Shown: positions 18,895 to 30,704, counted from the first letter of the stretch. The stretch: DNA of 64,000 nt from an uncultured bacterium (GCA_963749495.1 CAVVMW010000010.1:448001-512000), one strand, 5' to 3'. Notes: generated by a model not told the origin, from the letters alone. A program made the numbers and translations.

Positions 18895-20027
18895 AAAGGA
18901 AAGGGGTCAACCCATAGATAGGTGCATTTCTAAGTTGACAGCCTGGCTTCTTGCGGCATAACCTCCCCGCGTGCCTCGCAAACTCCGTCTTGAATACCCT
19001 GGGGCCATGTATCATCTCATGAGCCGTGGCAACCGGCGGGATAAGATCTTCCTGGATGATGTGGATCGGCATGATTTCATCAAGACCCTGGCCGAGGCCT
19101 GCCAGAAGACGGGCTGGCAGGTGCATGCGTACTGCCTGATGCCCAACCATTATCACCTGGTGGTCGAAACTCCTGAACCGAACCTGGTGGCCGGGATGGC
19201 CTGGCTCCAGAGCACCTACACCATCCGGCTCAACCACCGACATAAGCTCCTGGGCCACGTGTTGAGCGGGAGGTACAAATCACAGCTCGTCGAGGGCAGC
19301 GGCAATGGGTATTTGCGGACTGCCTGCGATTACGTGCATCTGAACCCGGTGCGCGCCAGGCTGATCCGGGCCGGGGAGCGGCTCTTGTCGTACCCGTGGA
19401 GCAGTTTTGGCGCCTATCTGGCGGCGCCCGAGCATCGGCCGCAGTGGGTCCGGGTGGACCGGTTGTTGGGCGAGCACGGGATTCAAGAGGACAGCGCGGC
19501 CGGGCGGCAACGGTTCGAGGCATGGATGGAGCGACGGCGCGCAGAAGAGACCGATCCCGCGGTTTTGGGAGCGATGCAGCGTGGCTGGTGTCTGGGCAGC
19601 GAGGGTTTTAAGCGGCAGATGCTCCTGCGCATGGAAGGGGGCCTGGGGGAACACCACTCCGGTGAACTGCACCGCCAGGCAGCCCAGGCGAAGGCGGAGC
19701 GGATCGTGGCGGCGGAGTTACGCCGGCTTGGTTGGAGGAAAGGGGACTTGGAGGAGCGCCGGAAGAACGATCCTGACAAGCTGGAGATCGCCGCACGGTT
19801 GCGGCGCGAAACGACCCTCTCCGTCAAGGACATCGCTGCGCGGATGCACCTGGGCACATCGAAAGGAGCAAATCGCAACCTGCACAACCACATGGGGCGC
19901 GGCTCGCCACCCGCTACAGGCCAAGCGCCGCCTCCCACAAAAGGCAACCCAGGCAGCACCAAGTGAACTAATCTATGGGTTTGACCCCTTTTTCCCTTTT
20001 TGGGTTGACCCCCTTTTCCTTTTTTTC
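18895..20027. mobile_element. RAYT-type Y1 transposase gene bracketed by GGGGTCAA inverted repeats
   Basis: AAGGGGTCAACCCATAGATAG (18901-18921) versus CTAATCTATGGGTTTGACCCCTT (19968-19990), plus a third TGGGTTGACCCCC unit at ~20001. Confidence 0.75.
18971..19966 (+). CDS. REP-associated tyrosine transposase (Y1/HUH, IS200-like) with C-terminal HTH-like extension
   Basis: MPRKLR...YHLMSRGN, AYCLMPNHYHL (HUH), GRYKS, YVHLNPVRA, YPWSS. Confidence 0.9.
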   Translation: MPRKLRLEYPGAMYHLMSRGNRRDKIFLDDVDRHDFIKTLAEACQKTGWQVHAYCLMPNHYHLVVETPEPNLVAGMAWLQSTYTIRLNHRHKLLGHVLSGRYKSQLVEGSGNGYLRTACDYVHLNPVRARLIRAGERLLSYPWSSFGAYLAAPEHRPQWVRVDRLLGEHGIQEDSAAGRQRFEAWMERRRAEETDPAVLGAMQRGWCLGSEGFKRQMLLRMEGGLGEHHSGELHRQAAQAKAERIVAAELRRLGWRKGDLEERRKNDPDKLEIAARLRRETTLSVKDIAARMHLGTSKGANRNLHNHMGRGSPPATGQAPPPTKGNPGSTK

Positions 20028-20499
20028 CATCTGCATCCGACCGCCATTTGGGATGCGAGCAAGTCTACAAACGCATTGAAAATACAGCATGATCTGGGTC
20101 TGGCGATGCCGGAGCAACCGCTGGACTGCCGCGCCGTGCGTCGGCGGATGCGAGGCAATCATCTTGACATAACTCCTGCACTGTTCGTCCTCGGTTTTGT
20201 TCAGGTGCTGATGCGACTCGGCTGCGGCCGGTAACGGTCAAGTATCCGCCAAAGTCGGTTTCCGCACGGCCAAACTGGATTCGTTCGCTGTCAGGCTGAA
20301 TCGCCTTCGGCCGACTGCGCTCAAATTGACGGCTCAATCCGTTTTCCTCCAAACTGGGAGTTATGGAAAGTTCACCCTCCGCTGCACGCTGTCGTGGCAG
20401 GCATTTGCTCGAACACCTTTGGATAACTGCCACCTTTGCATAACATACCCCCTGCGCCGCAGACCACCCGGCCGGGAGAAAAGGGGGGCAGCCTTAACA

Positions 20500-20565
20500 C
20501 TTTGCCGCCTCCTACCTTCTGGGCGCGCTGGCCTGGCTGCGTATGGATGCAAGCCGCCCATTACT
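20500..20565 (+). repeat. 66-bp direct repeat, copy 2 (orphan MFS 3' end FAASYLLGALAWLRMDASRPLLD*)
   Basis: Matches 13270-13335. Confidence 0.9.
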
Positions 20566-21693
20566 CGATTAGCTTCTCGCCTCGCGTGTATTTCGCCAGC
20601 GCTTCCCGGTTGAGTGACACCCCCAAACCCGGCCGGCCCGGAATGGGCAGCATGCCTTCACTGTCCAAATGCCAGCCCTCGACGACGATGTCGTCAATAA
20701 AAGGCGAGCCGGTCAGATACTCAACCAGGTCGGTGTCGGGGAAAGCGGACGCAAGCTGCAGATCCGCCGCCAGGCCAATGGCGGTGTTCCAGCCATGCGG
20801 AATGAACCTCACGCCGTTCTCCTTGGCCATCCAGGCAATCCGCCGCTCCTCGCTGATGCCGCCTACCTTGGTCACGTCGGGTTGCACGATGTCCAAGGCA
20901 CCCTGCTGGAGCCAGGGCTGGAAGCTCTGCCGGCGCGTGAACACTTCGCCTCCTGCAATGGGCAACGGGGCGCGGCGGCGCAACCGCACGTAGTCCTCGA
21001 GCGCATCGGGTGGCAGCGCCTCCTCGAACCACGCGACGTCGTAATCCGCGAGCATTTCGGCCGTGCGCACCGCCCATTTGTAGCCTTGCGGCCAGAAGGC
21101 ATCGCTGCCGCCGGCATCCACCATCAGCAACGAGTCGGCGCCCACCGCCTCACGCGCGGCGCGCACGATAGCCTCATCCAGGCCCGATTTCGCCGGCCAA
21201 ACGGCCCCCAGCCGATCTTGAAGGCGCGAAACCCATGCGCCTTGACCTCGTGCAGATGCTCCGCCAGCGCCCCGGGCTCTGCCATCAGCAGCGAGGCGTA
21301 CGGGCGCACGCGCTCGCGATACCGTCCCCCCAGCAGCCGTCCGACCGGCTGCTTTGTCACCTGGCCCAGCAAGTCCCAAAGCGCGATGTCAATGCCGCTA
21401 ATCGCGTGCGTAACCGAGCCGCCCCGCCCCAGCCAGAAGGTGTTCTGGTGCAGCTTCTCGCTAACCCGCTCCGGCTCCAGCGCATTCTCCCCCTCGTAGA
21501 GCGGCGCCAGCACCGCCAGCGCCGCCCGCACCAGCTCGTCGTTCGTAAACGAGCTGCCCAGCCCGATCAACCCCTCGTCGGTGTGGACGGCCACCAGTGT
21601 TTGAACGCAATCCTCCGGTCGCAACTCGTTGCTCCAGCCGCCCTCGGGTGTGGCCCCGCGCAGCCCCGCGCTTATGATCTTCGTGATTTTCAT
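20561..21693 (-). CDS. Mandelate racemase/muconate lactonising enzyme family dehydratase; one frameshift near 21185
   Basis: VHTDEGLIGLG, AISGIDIALWDLLG, KIGWG, LMVDAG, WFEE, IAGGE, DIVQPD, IPHGW. Confidence 0.9.
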
Positions 21694-21835
21694 CGAGTTC
21701 ATGCCTCCGCAAGCCAAGCAAGGATTGCCCATCGAATCAAATCCAAATCCGGCCCGAACCGCCAGTGGGGTGTGGGACAGAATTCTCCTTGGGCCTCCGG
21801 ATCGCAGACCTCAGAGCTGATCCGGGCGTTCGATC

Positions 21836-21923
21836 CTTCGTTTCCTTCGTTCCCTTCTGTTCTTTTCCTGCGTCCCGCCGGCTGGGCACAGGAACAGAAC
21901 AGAAGGAAACAAAGGAAACGAAG
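21836..21923. repeat. Inverted pair of 9-bp tandem-unit arms (CTTCGTTTC / GAAACGAAG)
   Basis: CTTCGTTTCCTTCGTTCCCTTCTGTTC ... GAACAGAAGGAAACAAAGGAAACGAAG. Confidence 0.8.
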
Positions 21924-22218
21924 AGGCGGCCTGATGCGGCGGCATCGATCGGGGCCGTGCCAGTGCGTATCTGGATTCCTAGACACTCTTTGTGACGAAA
22001 GCCCAGCAAAATCCATTTTGTGAAGATTTTTGTCCTACACCCCCACCCGTGGAGCCCATGTGGCCCGTACCACCACGGCATGAACGCCCAGACGCAACTC
22101 TGTCATGCCTGCCCCATCCCGAAGGGATCGGAACATTTACAATTTTCTTCACTGAATGGAATCGAAAGCCAGGGGCCGTGGTTGTGCTATCATGGCGAGT
22201 TAACACGCTGACATCTCT

Positions 22219-25173
22219 ATGAAAACCATGAAAACGACCTCTCCTCTGCAATGGATCAACTCGACCGGCCAGTCTGGCCCGACCGGGCTCCCCTCCCGTT
22301 CCCGGCGGCTCTCCAACCCAACCCGGCGTCCGCCCGGCCATCCATCGCTCTGGTGCGCGATGGCCGTGGCGCTGCTGCTTGCGGCGGGCACTTTGGCCGC
22401 CCCGGCGCAGCTTGTCAGTATCGCTTTCCAAGGCGAGGACGGCGCTCCGACTGCCACGGCAGATGACGGCGGGACGGCGTTTTTTGGCGGGCAGGTTGGG
22501 GATTGGAATATCCTGGACGTGGTTGCGGCGGCCCCGGCGGGCTCGCCTTCAACCGCAGGGACGCCGCTGCTCGATGGCAACGGGAATTCCACCACCGTTA
22601 CCTTCGTATTGAACACCAATCCCGTGGCGAGCTACGGGTTCTATGACACTGGGGACGTGGATAATCTCTGCCGTAATGTGGTTTACCTGGTGGCCACCGA
22701 CGCCCCAATCGGCTGGCAAATCAGCGGATTGACTCCGAATACCAACTATGACCTTGCCTTTTACGGCCAGTCGGAAATCGTCGCGGGAGCCGTGGCCTTT
22801 GATAACCCTGGCGTTTGGACCATTGGCAATCAATCCCTAACCAATTTGGCCGGGACCAACATGCTGGCGGGGGTGGTCTTTGGCAATCCGGATGGGACCC
22901 TGGGGCTCACGAGCGTCTTGTCCGACGGGAATGGAAACATCTCTGGAACGTTCTCCTTTTATGCCGGCGGGGGCGGTCTCTACACGGGCACTGCGCACTA
23001 CAGCGGCTGGTCCGGACTCCAGGTGATCCTGGCGCTGAAGGCCCTCCCTCCCTACGCCAACACACCTTCGATTTCGCCCACGAATGCAGTTTATGCCGGG
23101 CACGAGCGTGACGCTGACCGCCAAGACCGGCGGCACAGCTCCGCTCAATTACCAGTGGCAGTTGGACACCGGTTCCGGACCCAAGAACATCCCTGGGGCC
23201 ACGAACGCGGCTTACACATTCGTCACCACCACGTCGGCACAAGGCACTTACTATCTCGTCGTCACGAGCGCCCATGGCAGCGCCACGAGCCCGGGCGCCT
23301 CTCTTACGGTTGCCCCGGCCAGCGTGCCTGTTCTGATGGCGGATACGACCCCCCCTGGGGCGCAGTCCCCATTGGGAGGCCTGGTGACCTTCCAGGCGGC
23401 GTATCAGGGCACACTCCCTATCACCTACCAGTGGCAGTTCGACCAGGGGCAAGGGTTCACGGACCTGCCTGGGGCCACCAACAATGTCCTGACTTTGATG
23501 AACCTCCAGCCAACCAATGCCGGCAGTTACCGGCTAACCGCCGTCAACTCCGTCGGCCAAGGCCAGGCCAGCACTGCCGCCACACTGATGGTGTCCACCA
23601 ACGCCACTCTGGCCGTGTTCACCGGCCCCGACCCCGGACAAGGACTTGACCTCGATGGCAACTTTGTGCTGGCCCAGTACTACGGCGGCTCCGATGCCGG
23701 GCCGTTGGAGATTGGCGATGCGGTGTTTTTCTTCTCCCAGACTCCTGGCGGGGCCTCGTATCTGGGAGCGGGTGGTAACTTCGGCAGCACCCTGGCCGAG
23801 CAGAATCTGTCCAGGGTTTGCGGCGGCGTCCTGTATGCATCCACGGTGGATTGGATGTTAGACACTAACACCGTGGCGGGCCATAATTATAGACTGCAGC
23901 TCCTCTTTCACGAGGTTTACTTCAACGGCGGCGGCGCGCGAGTTTTCGGGGTGAACATCAATGGAACCGACCTGGTGACCAACCTGGATAGCGCGGCCAT
24001 GGGCGCCTATCTGACCGAGCCCAAAGGGGTGGTCGTTACCTATGACTTCCCCGGCGATGGCGGGGCCCCGATCATCATCATGACAGCGTCGGTGAACCTC
24101 GCCGCGGTCAACGGCCTGACGCTGGAGGACCTGAGCGAGCCCGCGGCACCGACCGTGGTAAGCCCGCCGCAATCCGAGACCGTTTACGCCGGCAAGCAAG
24201 TCCAGTTCACGGCCGCGGTCGGCGGGTCTTCTCCCAGGCATTACCAATGGCAGGCCGGCGCCAACGGTGTGTTCACCAATCTCGTGGACGGAGGCCGGAT
24301 CAGCGGCGCGACAAACGCCTCGCTCACGATCGCGGCGGCAACCCTGCTCGACGCCGCCCAATACCGGGTCATTGTATCCAACGCGGTCGGCGTGGCCACC
24401 AGCAGTCCCGCCGCAATCTTGGAGGTCTTGCCGATCCCTGCTCACCAGTTGATCAACGTCGGGGTCCAATCGAGCCTCTCCGGACCGGCAGTGCTCGGCC
24501 AGTTGCCGGACTACTGGAACGTCGTGGCCGGCAATAGCACGACAAGCACAAACCTCCTGGACGTGACGGGCGCCGCCACGGGGGTAGGCATAAGCATCCA
24601 GGTGTGACTGGGTCCGGCAACTTTGGTGCGGGCGGCCTGCCGCCGGGCACGCAAACCGCGGGTCTGTTGTCATTCTACGACTATTGTCAGCAACCCGCGG
24701 TCATGACTATAACCTTAACCGGCCTGGATCCGAATGCCACGTATAACCTGGTGGTCTTCTCGGCCGGAAACCAGCCGGGACAGAGCGCCGTCCTTTCCGG
24801 CGCCATCAACGGGACCAATACCTTGTCCACTCGCGACAGCTTCGCTCTGGGCGATAACTATGCCCAAAACCAGAGCGCCAAACCCGACGCCACCGGCGCC
24901 CTGGTTGTCCAAATCGCCAACGACCCGAATCAAACCCCCTACGGCACCTTCAATGGGGTGCAACTCCAGGACAACCTGGTCTCAGTCCCCTCGGTCCGCT
25001 TGACCGTGCAGCGCTCGGGCGCAAACCTCCTCCTGAGCTGGCCGCAAGGAACACTCCTCCAGGCCACCAATGTGGCCGGGCCTTACCTGCCGGTTTCGGG
25101 AAATCCGCCGTCGCCTTATACTGCCGTTCCCACCGGCGCCCAGAGATTCTACCGGGTGCAGGTGAGTCCGTAG
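22219..25173 (+). CDS. Large secreted protein with three Ig-like domains, a malectin-like domain and RFYR tail; frameshifts at ~23099 and ~24602
   Basis: Signal peptide; GTAPLNYQW, GTLPITYQW, GSSPRHYQW; YRLQLLFHEVY..GARVFGVNING; LSWPQGTLLQATNVAGPY...RFYR; three abutting frames. Confidence 0.8.
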
Positions 25174-25211
25174 GGCGACGGCCCAAAGCCCAACTATTCA
25201 GGTCGCGCATC

Positions 25212-25268
25212 GGAGCGCGGACGCCCCGTCCGCGCCTTCCCGGCCGATCCACCATCGGCGCGGACGGG
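25212..25268. repeat. Degenerate REP-like doublet (GGAGCGCGGACGCCCCGTCCGCG)
   Basis: Hairpin CGCGGACG/CGTCCGCG and partial inverted copy GCGCGGACGGG. Confidence 0.6.
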
Positions 25269-25397
25269 CCGGCCAATGTCTTCATGCTGGTCCCGGAGCA
25301 ACGCATGATAATAGCCCAATCCCGCTCAGCGGGACTTGTCTTTACCCACATCGTCGGCCTCGCTCATTGACCAGACCTTATCGTATCCGTTGCCTTC

Positions 25398-25643
25398 AGG
25401 CCGAAGGCCTGGTTCATACCAGCCCAGGGCCTCGCCCTGGGTTTCCGTGCAATTTAATTCGGTGGCAGGCCAGCGGCCTGCTTCATACGGGTCTCCTTGG
25501 GGCCGGGGACCTCAAACGGACACCGCCAGGCCGCTACAACAATCCCGGAGCACAATGAGTCGCGCCTTCAGCGCTCAGGATGGTTTTGCGCCGATGAACC
25601 CAGGGCGTTGCCCTGGGCTGGTATGAATGACGCCGTTGGCGTC
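25398..25643. repeat. ~245-bp multi-hairpin REPIN-like element
   Basis: Outer inverted repeat TTCATACCAGCCCAGGGC / GCCCTGGGCTGGTATGAA; terminal hairpins AGGCCGAAGGCCT and GACGCCGTTGGCGTC. Confidence 0.85.
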
Positions 25644-25715
25644 CCAAACTGGCCCGGACTGACCTTGGGGGCTGGAGCGGCAGTCTTCATCCCGGCCAGT
25701 CATTCGGACGCCCTC

Positions 25716-26741
25716 TTAGGGCAATTGCCGGATGTCCCTCGGACACAGGCCTCTGGCCGCCTGGCGCTGTTCGCGGAACTCGCGCGGGGAGCAGCCGAAC
25801 TGTTTGTGGAACGTGCTGGCGAAGTACTGGCTGGAGGAAAAGCCGCAGGCGAAAGCGATAGCGGTGATCGACTGACCCGGCTGGAGCAGCAGTTCCTTGG
25901 ATCTTTCGAGGCGGGCGAGGCTCAGGAAATGGGCCGGCGTTAAATTGGTGGCCTTCCGAAAATAGCTGACAAACTGTGTCACGCCCATGTGGCAACTTTC
26001 CGCCATCGCGTCCAGGGTCCACTCCCGGTCCAGAGCGTGCTTCAACTCGTCGAGGAAGATGCGGACGGTGCGTTCCGAGCTGGTCAAACTCTCCTTCAAG
26101 GGGATGTCCCGCTGCCGGAACATATCAACGAGGCCGATCAGCACCTCGTTCACCAGCACCGCCAGCCGCGAGTAGTGATTGCCGCGGGCGGAGTCCTCGA
26201 GCGATTTGACCAGGCGCTTGAAACAGTGGCGCAGTTCACCTGTGCTATGCCACACGTACTGCTCGTTCTGGCGCAGAAAGCAGGTCAGGTCGGCCAGGTC
26301 TTGGCGGCTGAGCAGCACCCACAGCGGCCAGCGCCATTGCTGGTGCGGGCGCCGGACTTCCACATCGATGATAAACCATGCCAACCGGCAGGGGCCAATG
26401 CGGGGATTGCCGATGCAGTGCTCCTGCCACGGGCGCGTGATCATCAACTCGTCGTGGAGGAGCACCTGCTGATGCCCCTCAACCGTGATATGGGTCTGGC
26501 CGCTGACCAGGAATGAAATCTCGATCCCCTCGTTGCGGTGCGGCGGCAAACCCCAATCCTGGTTCGGCCCGGCATTCCAGAAGCCAATGCTGCGCAATCC
26601 GTCCAACTCCTCCTCAGGCAGCCGTTGGCCAGGGTAACCTCCCCTCCCCAGAGCGCACAACTGCACCCGTCCGGCCCGAGCGGCGGCCACCAGCGGTTGG
26701 CAAGTGTCAGCCAAATACTGTTTGCCCGCGCCATAATACAC
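25716..26741 (-). CDS. AraC-family transcriptional regulator (cupin + HTH)
   Basis: HRNEGIEI cupin; SITAIAFACGFSSSQYFASTFHKQFGCSPREFR. Confidence 0.92.
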   Translation of the reverse strand: MYYGAGKQYLADTCQPLVAAARAGRVQLCALGRGGYPGQRLPEEELDGLRSIGFWNAGPNQDWGLPPHRNEGIEISFLVSGQTHITVEGHQQVLLHDELMITRPWQEHCIGNPRIGPCRLAWFIIDVEVRRPHQQWRWPLWVLLSRQDLADLTCFLRQNEQYVWHSTGELRHCFKRLVKSLEDSARGNHYSRLAVLVNEVLIGLVDMFRQRDIPLKESLTSSERTVRIFLDELKHALDREWTLDAMAESCHMGVTQFVSYFRKATNLTPAHFLSLARLERSKELLLQPGQSITAIAFACGFSSSQYFASTFHKQFGCSPREFREQRQAARGLCPRDIRQLP

Positions 26742-26928
26742 CGCCGGAGAATCCGCACCGGGTCGTTCGGGCAGAGCCGCCGGGGTTTCGAGTGCTGTTC
26801 CACAATGCCTGGATCTTCAGCACTCTGCGAAGGCGCCCGCGGTGTGTCAACCTTGAAGTCATGTGCGATTTCCTTCATCGAAGGTAAACGCAAGACGGGG
26901 TCAAGGGAACGTGCTAGGGTGGAGTCGC

Positions 26929-27819
26929 ATGAAGAAGCTATCTCGAGCGAAAGACCGGGGCCGCCGGGGCTGGATCTTCAGCCCGGGGCAGCGGCACGTT
27001 CCCGCAGCCCGTCCCGCGTTGCCTGGCGTTCACGGCTTCACTCTCATCGAGTTGTTGGTGGTGATCGCGATCATCGCCATCCTGGCGGCTATGCTGCTGC
27101 CAGCCCTGAGCCGGGCGAAGACAAAGGCCCAGGGCATTCAGTGCATGAGCAACCTCAAGCAACTGAACCTGGCGTGGCTGGCGTACGCCTTTGAGAACAA
27201 TGACTGGCTGCCGTCCAATTATAGCGGCGGCTTCGGCAGCAACTCCTGGGTCACCGGATGGCTGGATTGGAGCGGCTCCTCCGAGAACACGAACCTGCTT
27301 TACCTGACCGACCCCACCCTTTGCCTGCTGGCTCCCTACACCGCCAAAAACACCGGGATTTTCAAGTGCCCTGCCGATATTCACATGGGCCCCTCGCAGA
27401 GAATCCTGGGCTGGCACGGCCGGGCGCGGAGCGTCTCCATGAACGGGGTGTGGGGAGGCAAAAATGCCGACAAGACCGGGGGCTGTTATGCGGTGCCCAA
27501 GCTCTCGACGTTGCGCATGTCCCCCGCGATGGCGTGGGTGTTCATCGACGAGCATCTCGACAGCCTCAATGACGGCGCTTGCTTCATGAACACCGATACG
27601 CCCGCCTACCTGGATTTCCCGGGCAGCATTCACAACGGCGCGTGCGGGCTTTCCTTTGCCGATGGCCATTCGGAAATCCACAAGTGGCATTCAGCCAATA
27701 CCCTCCACGGAATCAGGTACCTGGACTGGACGTGGCTGGAACCTTATTTTGCCCCGGGCCCCAAAGACCCCAACCTCCGCTGGCTCGTGGTGGACCGGAC
27801 CCCGGGTGTGAACCATTAG
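26929..27819 (+). CDS. Prepilin-type N-terminal cleavage/methylation protein with H-X9-DG motif (PVC type)
   Basis: [46 protein letters not shown]. Confidence 0.92.
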   Translation: MKKLSRAKDRGRRGWIFSPGQRHVPAARPALPGVHGFTLIELLVVIAIIAILAAMLLPALSRAKTKAQGIQCMSNLKQLNLAWLAYAFENNDWLPSNYSGGFGSNSWVTGWLDWSGSSENTNLLYLTDPTLCLLAPYTAKNTGIFKCPADIHMGPSQRILGWHGRARSVSMNGVWGGKNADKTGGCYAVPKLSTLRMSPAMAWVFIDEHLDSLNDGACFMNTDTPAYLDFPGSIHNGACGLSFADGHSEIHKWHSANTLHGIRYLDWTWLEPYFAPGPKDPNLRWLVVDRTPGVNH

Positions 27820-27831
27820 TTTCCAAACGCA

Positions 27832-28692
27832 ATGAAGATTGGATGTTTCGCCCTGATGGAACCGTTCACGCCCATGCGCCGGCAATTCGAAGTCATCCGC
27901 GAATTGGGTTTTCATTACGCCGACCTCACCGACAACCATGATGGGGCCACGCTCGGCACCGAGTATGGCTTTGCGGCCTCCTTCAGCCTGGATTCCCACC
28001 CCGGCACGATACTCGACATGGCCAAGGAGTTCGGGCTGACCATTGCCAGCGTTTGCGCGCACGCCAACCTGCTGGATCCGACCGCCCCGGAGCGTTACGG
28101 CACCCACCAGATCATCAAAGCGGTCAAACTCGCCCGGCTTCTCGGCATCCAACAGGTGATCACGACCGAAGGCGATCCCAAGACCGCCTTTGGCCGGAGC
28201 TTGAACGATTCCCAGCGTGTCTTCAGCGTTTGCGAAAAGCTTTGCGAGCCCATCCGCTGGGCGGAGGAGTTAGGGCTCGAACTCCTGCTCGAACCACACG
28301 GAATCCTCACGGACACCGTGGAAGGCATGGCGCGTCTGCTCGAGGCGCTGGGTCACCAAAAGACGGTCGGGATCAATCTCGACACTGGCAACCCGTGGCT
28401 CGGCGGCGGGGACCCGCTCCAGTTCGTCCGCGTGTTCGGTTCCCGCATCCGCCACGTGCATTGGAAAGACCTGCCCGCCTCCTGGGAAGCCCAGCGCGGA
28501 AAGATCTACGGTTGCGGGATGGGTCCGATACCCCTGGGCGATGGTGTTATCGGCATCAAGTCCATCGTCGAGGCGCTCTCCGCCATCGGGTTCGACGGCT
28601 TGACCACTCTCGAAGTGGCCGGCCGGGAGAACGTCCAAATCTCCGCGCAGCGGCTGCGCGCCTGGAACAAAGAGGCGCCGGCCAGACCCTAA
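27832..28692 (+). CDS. Sugar phosphate isomerase/epimerase (xylose isomerase-like TIM barrel)
   Basis: LLEPHG, INLDTGN, HVHWKD, PLGDG, TTLE. Confidence 0.88.
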   Translation: MKIGCFALMEPFTPMRRQFEVIRELGFHYADLTDNHDGATLGTEYGFAASFSLDSHPGTILDMAKEFGLTIASVCAHANLLDPTAPERYGTHQIIKAVKLARLLGIQQVITTEGDPKTAFGRSLNDSQRVFSVCEKLCEPIRWAEELGLELLLEPHGILTDTVEGMARLLEALGHQKTVGINLDTGNPWLGGGDPLQFVRVFGSRIRHVHWKDLPASWEAQRGKIYGCGMGPIPLGDGVIGIKSIVEALSAIGFDGLTTLEVAGRENVQISAQRLRAWNKEAPARP

Positions 28693-28696
28693 TTCC

Positions 28697-30704
28697 GTGG
28701 CCTCCCCGATGCACATTGCCAAACTCGCTCGGGCAGCGACTCTTTTGTTCCTGTTGGCTAGCCTTCCATTCGGCCAATCGCTGCGGGCTGCGGAAGCAAC
28801 ACCCGCCGGCGCATCCCGCGACCGGGGCCGAACGATTTTTGTTTCCAAGCTTGGGGACAATTCCGACGGTTCTTCCTGGGCGAAGGCGTTGACGACTATC
28901 CAGGCGGGGCTTAACGCGGTGCTGGATGAGCGCGGCAACCACCGTGTCATCGTGCGGCCGGACACTTACATGGAGGCGAACCTCTACCCGGCCCACCGGG
29001 GTGCTCCTGGCGCCTACAATGAACTCCTGGGTGACTGGGATGGCGCCCTCGGGTCGGGCACGCGCGGTTGGGTCGTGATTGACTCGGGCGATGCGCAAAG
29101 GGGATTCAAGAGCTACGATTGGTGGGGCCCGATTCGCGCCTACAAAAAGGGCTGGTCCGCGGAGCACAGGGGAGAGACCTTCTCGGCAGCCGTTTGGGAC
29201 CGCTGGGCGATCCGGCGATGCTATGCCACGGGCGGCGATGGCGGGCTGTTTTTCGATCTCGTGGACCACCCGGAACCGTTCAGCGTGCGGGTTGAGGACT
29301 GCGTCGGCATCGGCCGCGCCTTTGGCGGCGGGGCCGGCAATATCCTTTCACGCCCGGACGAACCGAGCGTCTTTCGCCGTTGCCAGCTTTGGTGCCTGGA
29401 CTGGTGGGGCGATGCCGCCGGCGCTTACGTGCGCGCCGAGCACCCCGAGTTGCCGGCGCAACCGGACGTGGTGTTCGAGGATTGCACTCTCGCAGGACCC
29501 GACAACGCCCTGCAGGCGGGCAACCCGGGCTATGCCGGCTGACACTCGAGTCGGCCTCAAGAACTGCCGCCTGATCAGCCTGAACTTTTCCCAACCGCAG
29601 GGCAAACCCGGCACTGGCGTCATCTTCAGCACGATCGAGGGCAAACTCCTGCACGTGGATCTCGAGAACTGCGTGCTCATGGGCTACAAGATCTTTGGCG
29701 CCGGCAAGGGCGAGGTCGGTTACACGCTCAAAGGCGACGTGCAAGCATACGTCCAATTTCAGCAGGAGGTGCCCAAAGGCATGCTCCGGCTCGGCCACTG
29801 GCCGGTCGAGGTGTTTCAGGGCCTCCTGGCGCCCAAGCCGCCGTTGCCACCGCTCCGGGCTCGCCTGAGCGTCGATCAACCGGACTTGGGGGACATCTGC
29901 GAAGCGGCTCCGGTGGCCTGGAAGGACCGTCTGACATTGATGAAGTGCCATCGGCCCGCCACCGGCGGCGCACCGCAGGACTATTTCCTCACGCTTGAGG
30001 ACGTGGAAACCGGCCGCCCACTGGCGCGCTTCGCCCAAGGCTATGGCCTGGCGTCCGCCCTGGCGCACCAGGGCACACTCTACGTCTTCGCCTCGCGCTT
30101 TTCGCCTGACGGCTGGAACGACGTGACACTCTTCAAGTCAAAGGATCTGCAGGAGTGGACCCGGAAGATCGCGGTTACCCAGCAAAACGAGCATTTGTTC
30201 AACAGTTCCGTTTGCCAGGGTGAGAACGGCTTCGTCATGGCCTGCGAATCTGACGACCCGAAGTTCACGCCCTTCACCATCAAGTTCGCCGTGTCCAGCG
30301 ACCTGGACACCTGGACCAGGCTGCCCGACGCCATCTTCGGCGCAGACCGCTACGCGGCCTGCCCGTGCATCCGGTATGTTAACGGCTTTTACTACCTGCT
30401 TTACCTCGAGCATCGGCAGCCGCGCTGGTTCTTCGAAACCTACGTTGCGCGCTCCAAAGACCTGAAGAACTGGGAATTGAGCGCAGCCAACCCCGTGCTC
30501 ACGCCCGGTTTCAACGACGGCATCAATGCCTCCGACCCGGATCTGGTCGAGTTTCAGGGCCGCACTTATCTCTACTATAGCGTCGGCGACCAGCGGACCT
30601 GGTCCAGGCTCCAGCGCGCAGTGTATCCCGGGCCAATGGCTGATTTCTTCGCCGGCTACTTCGCCGTGCCCGCGGTGCCAGAGCCCAGGCGGGGACCCAA
30701 GTGA
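28697..30704 (+). CDS. Secreted protein: beta-helix-like N-terminal domain plus five-bladed propeller glycoside-hydrolase-like C-terminal domain; frameshift at 29541
   Basis: Signal peptide; IFVS...GDNSDGSSWAKALTTIQAG; repeated SxDLxxW boxes, NASDPDL; deleting G29541 gives GYAGYTRVGLKNC. Confidence 0.7.

Noticed and set aside
20030..20480. Possible gene or ncRNA between the RAYT and the island boundary
   Set aside because: No recognisable protein motif, codon pattern or RNA structure by eye.
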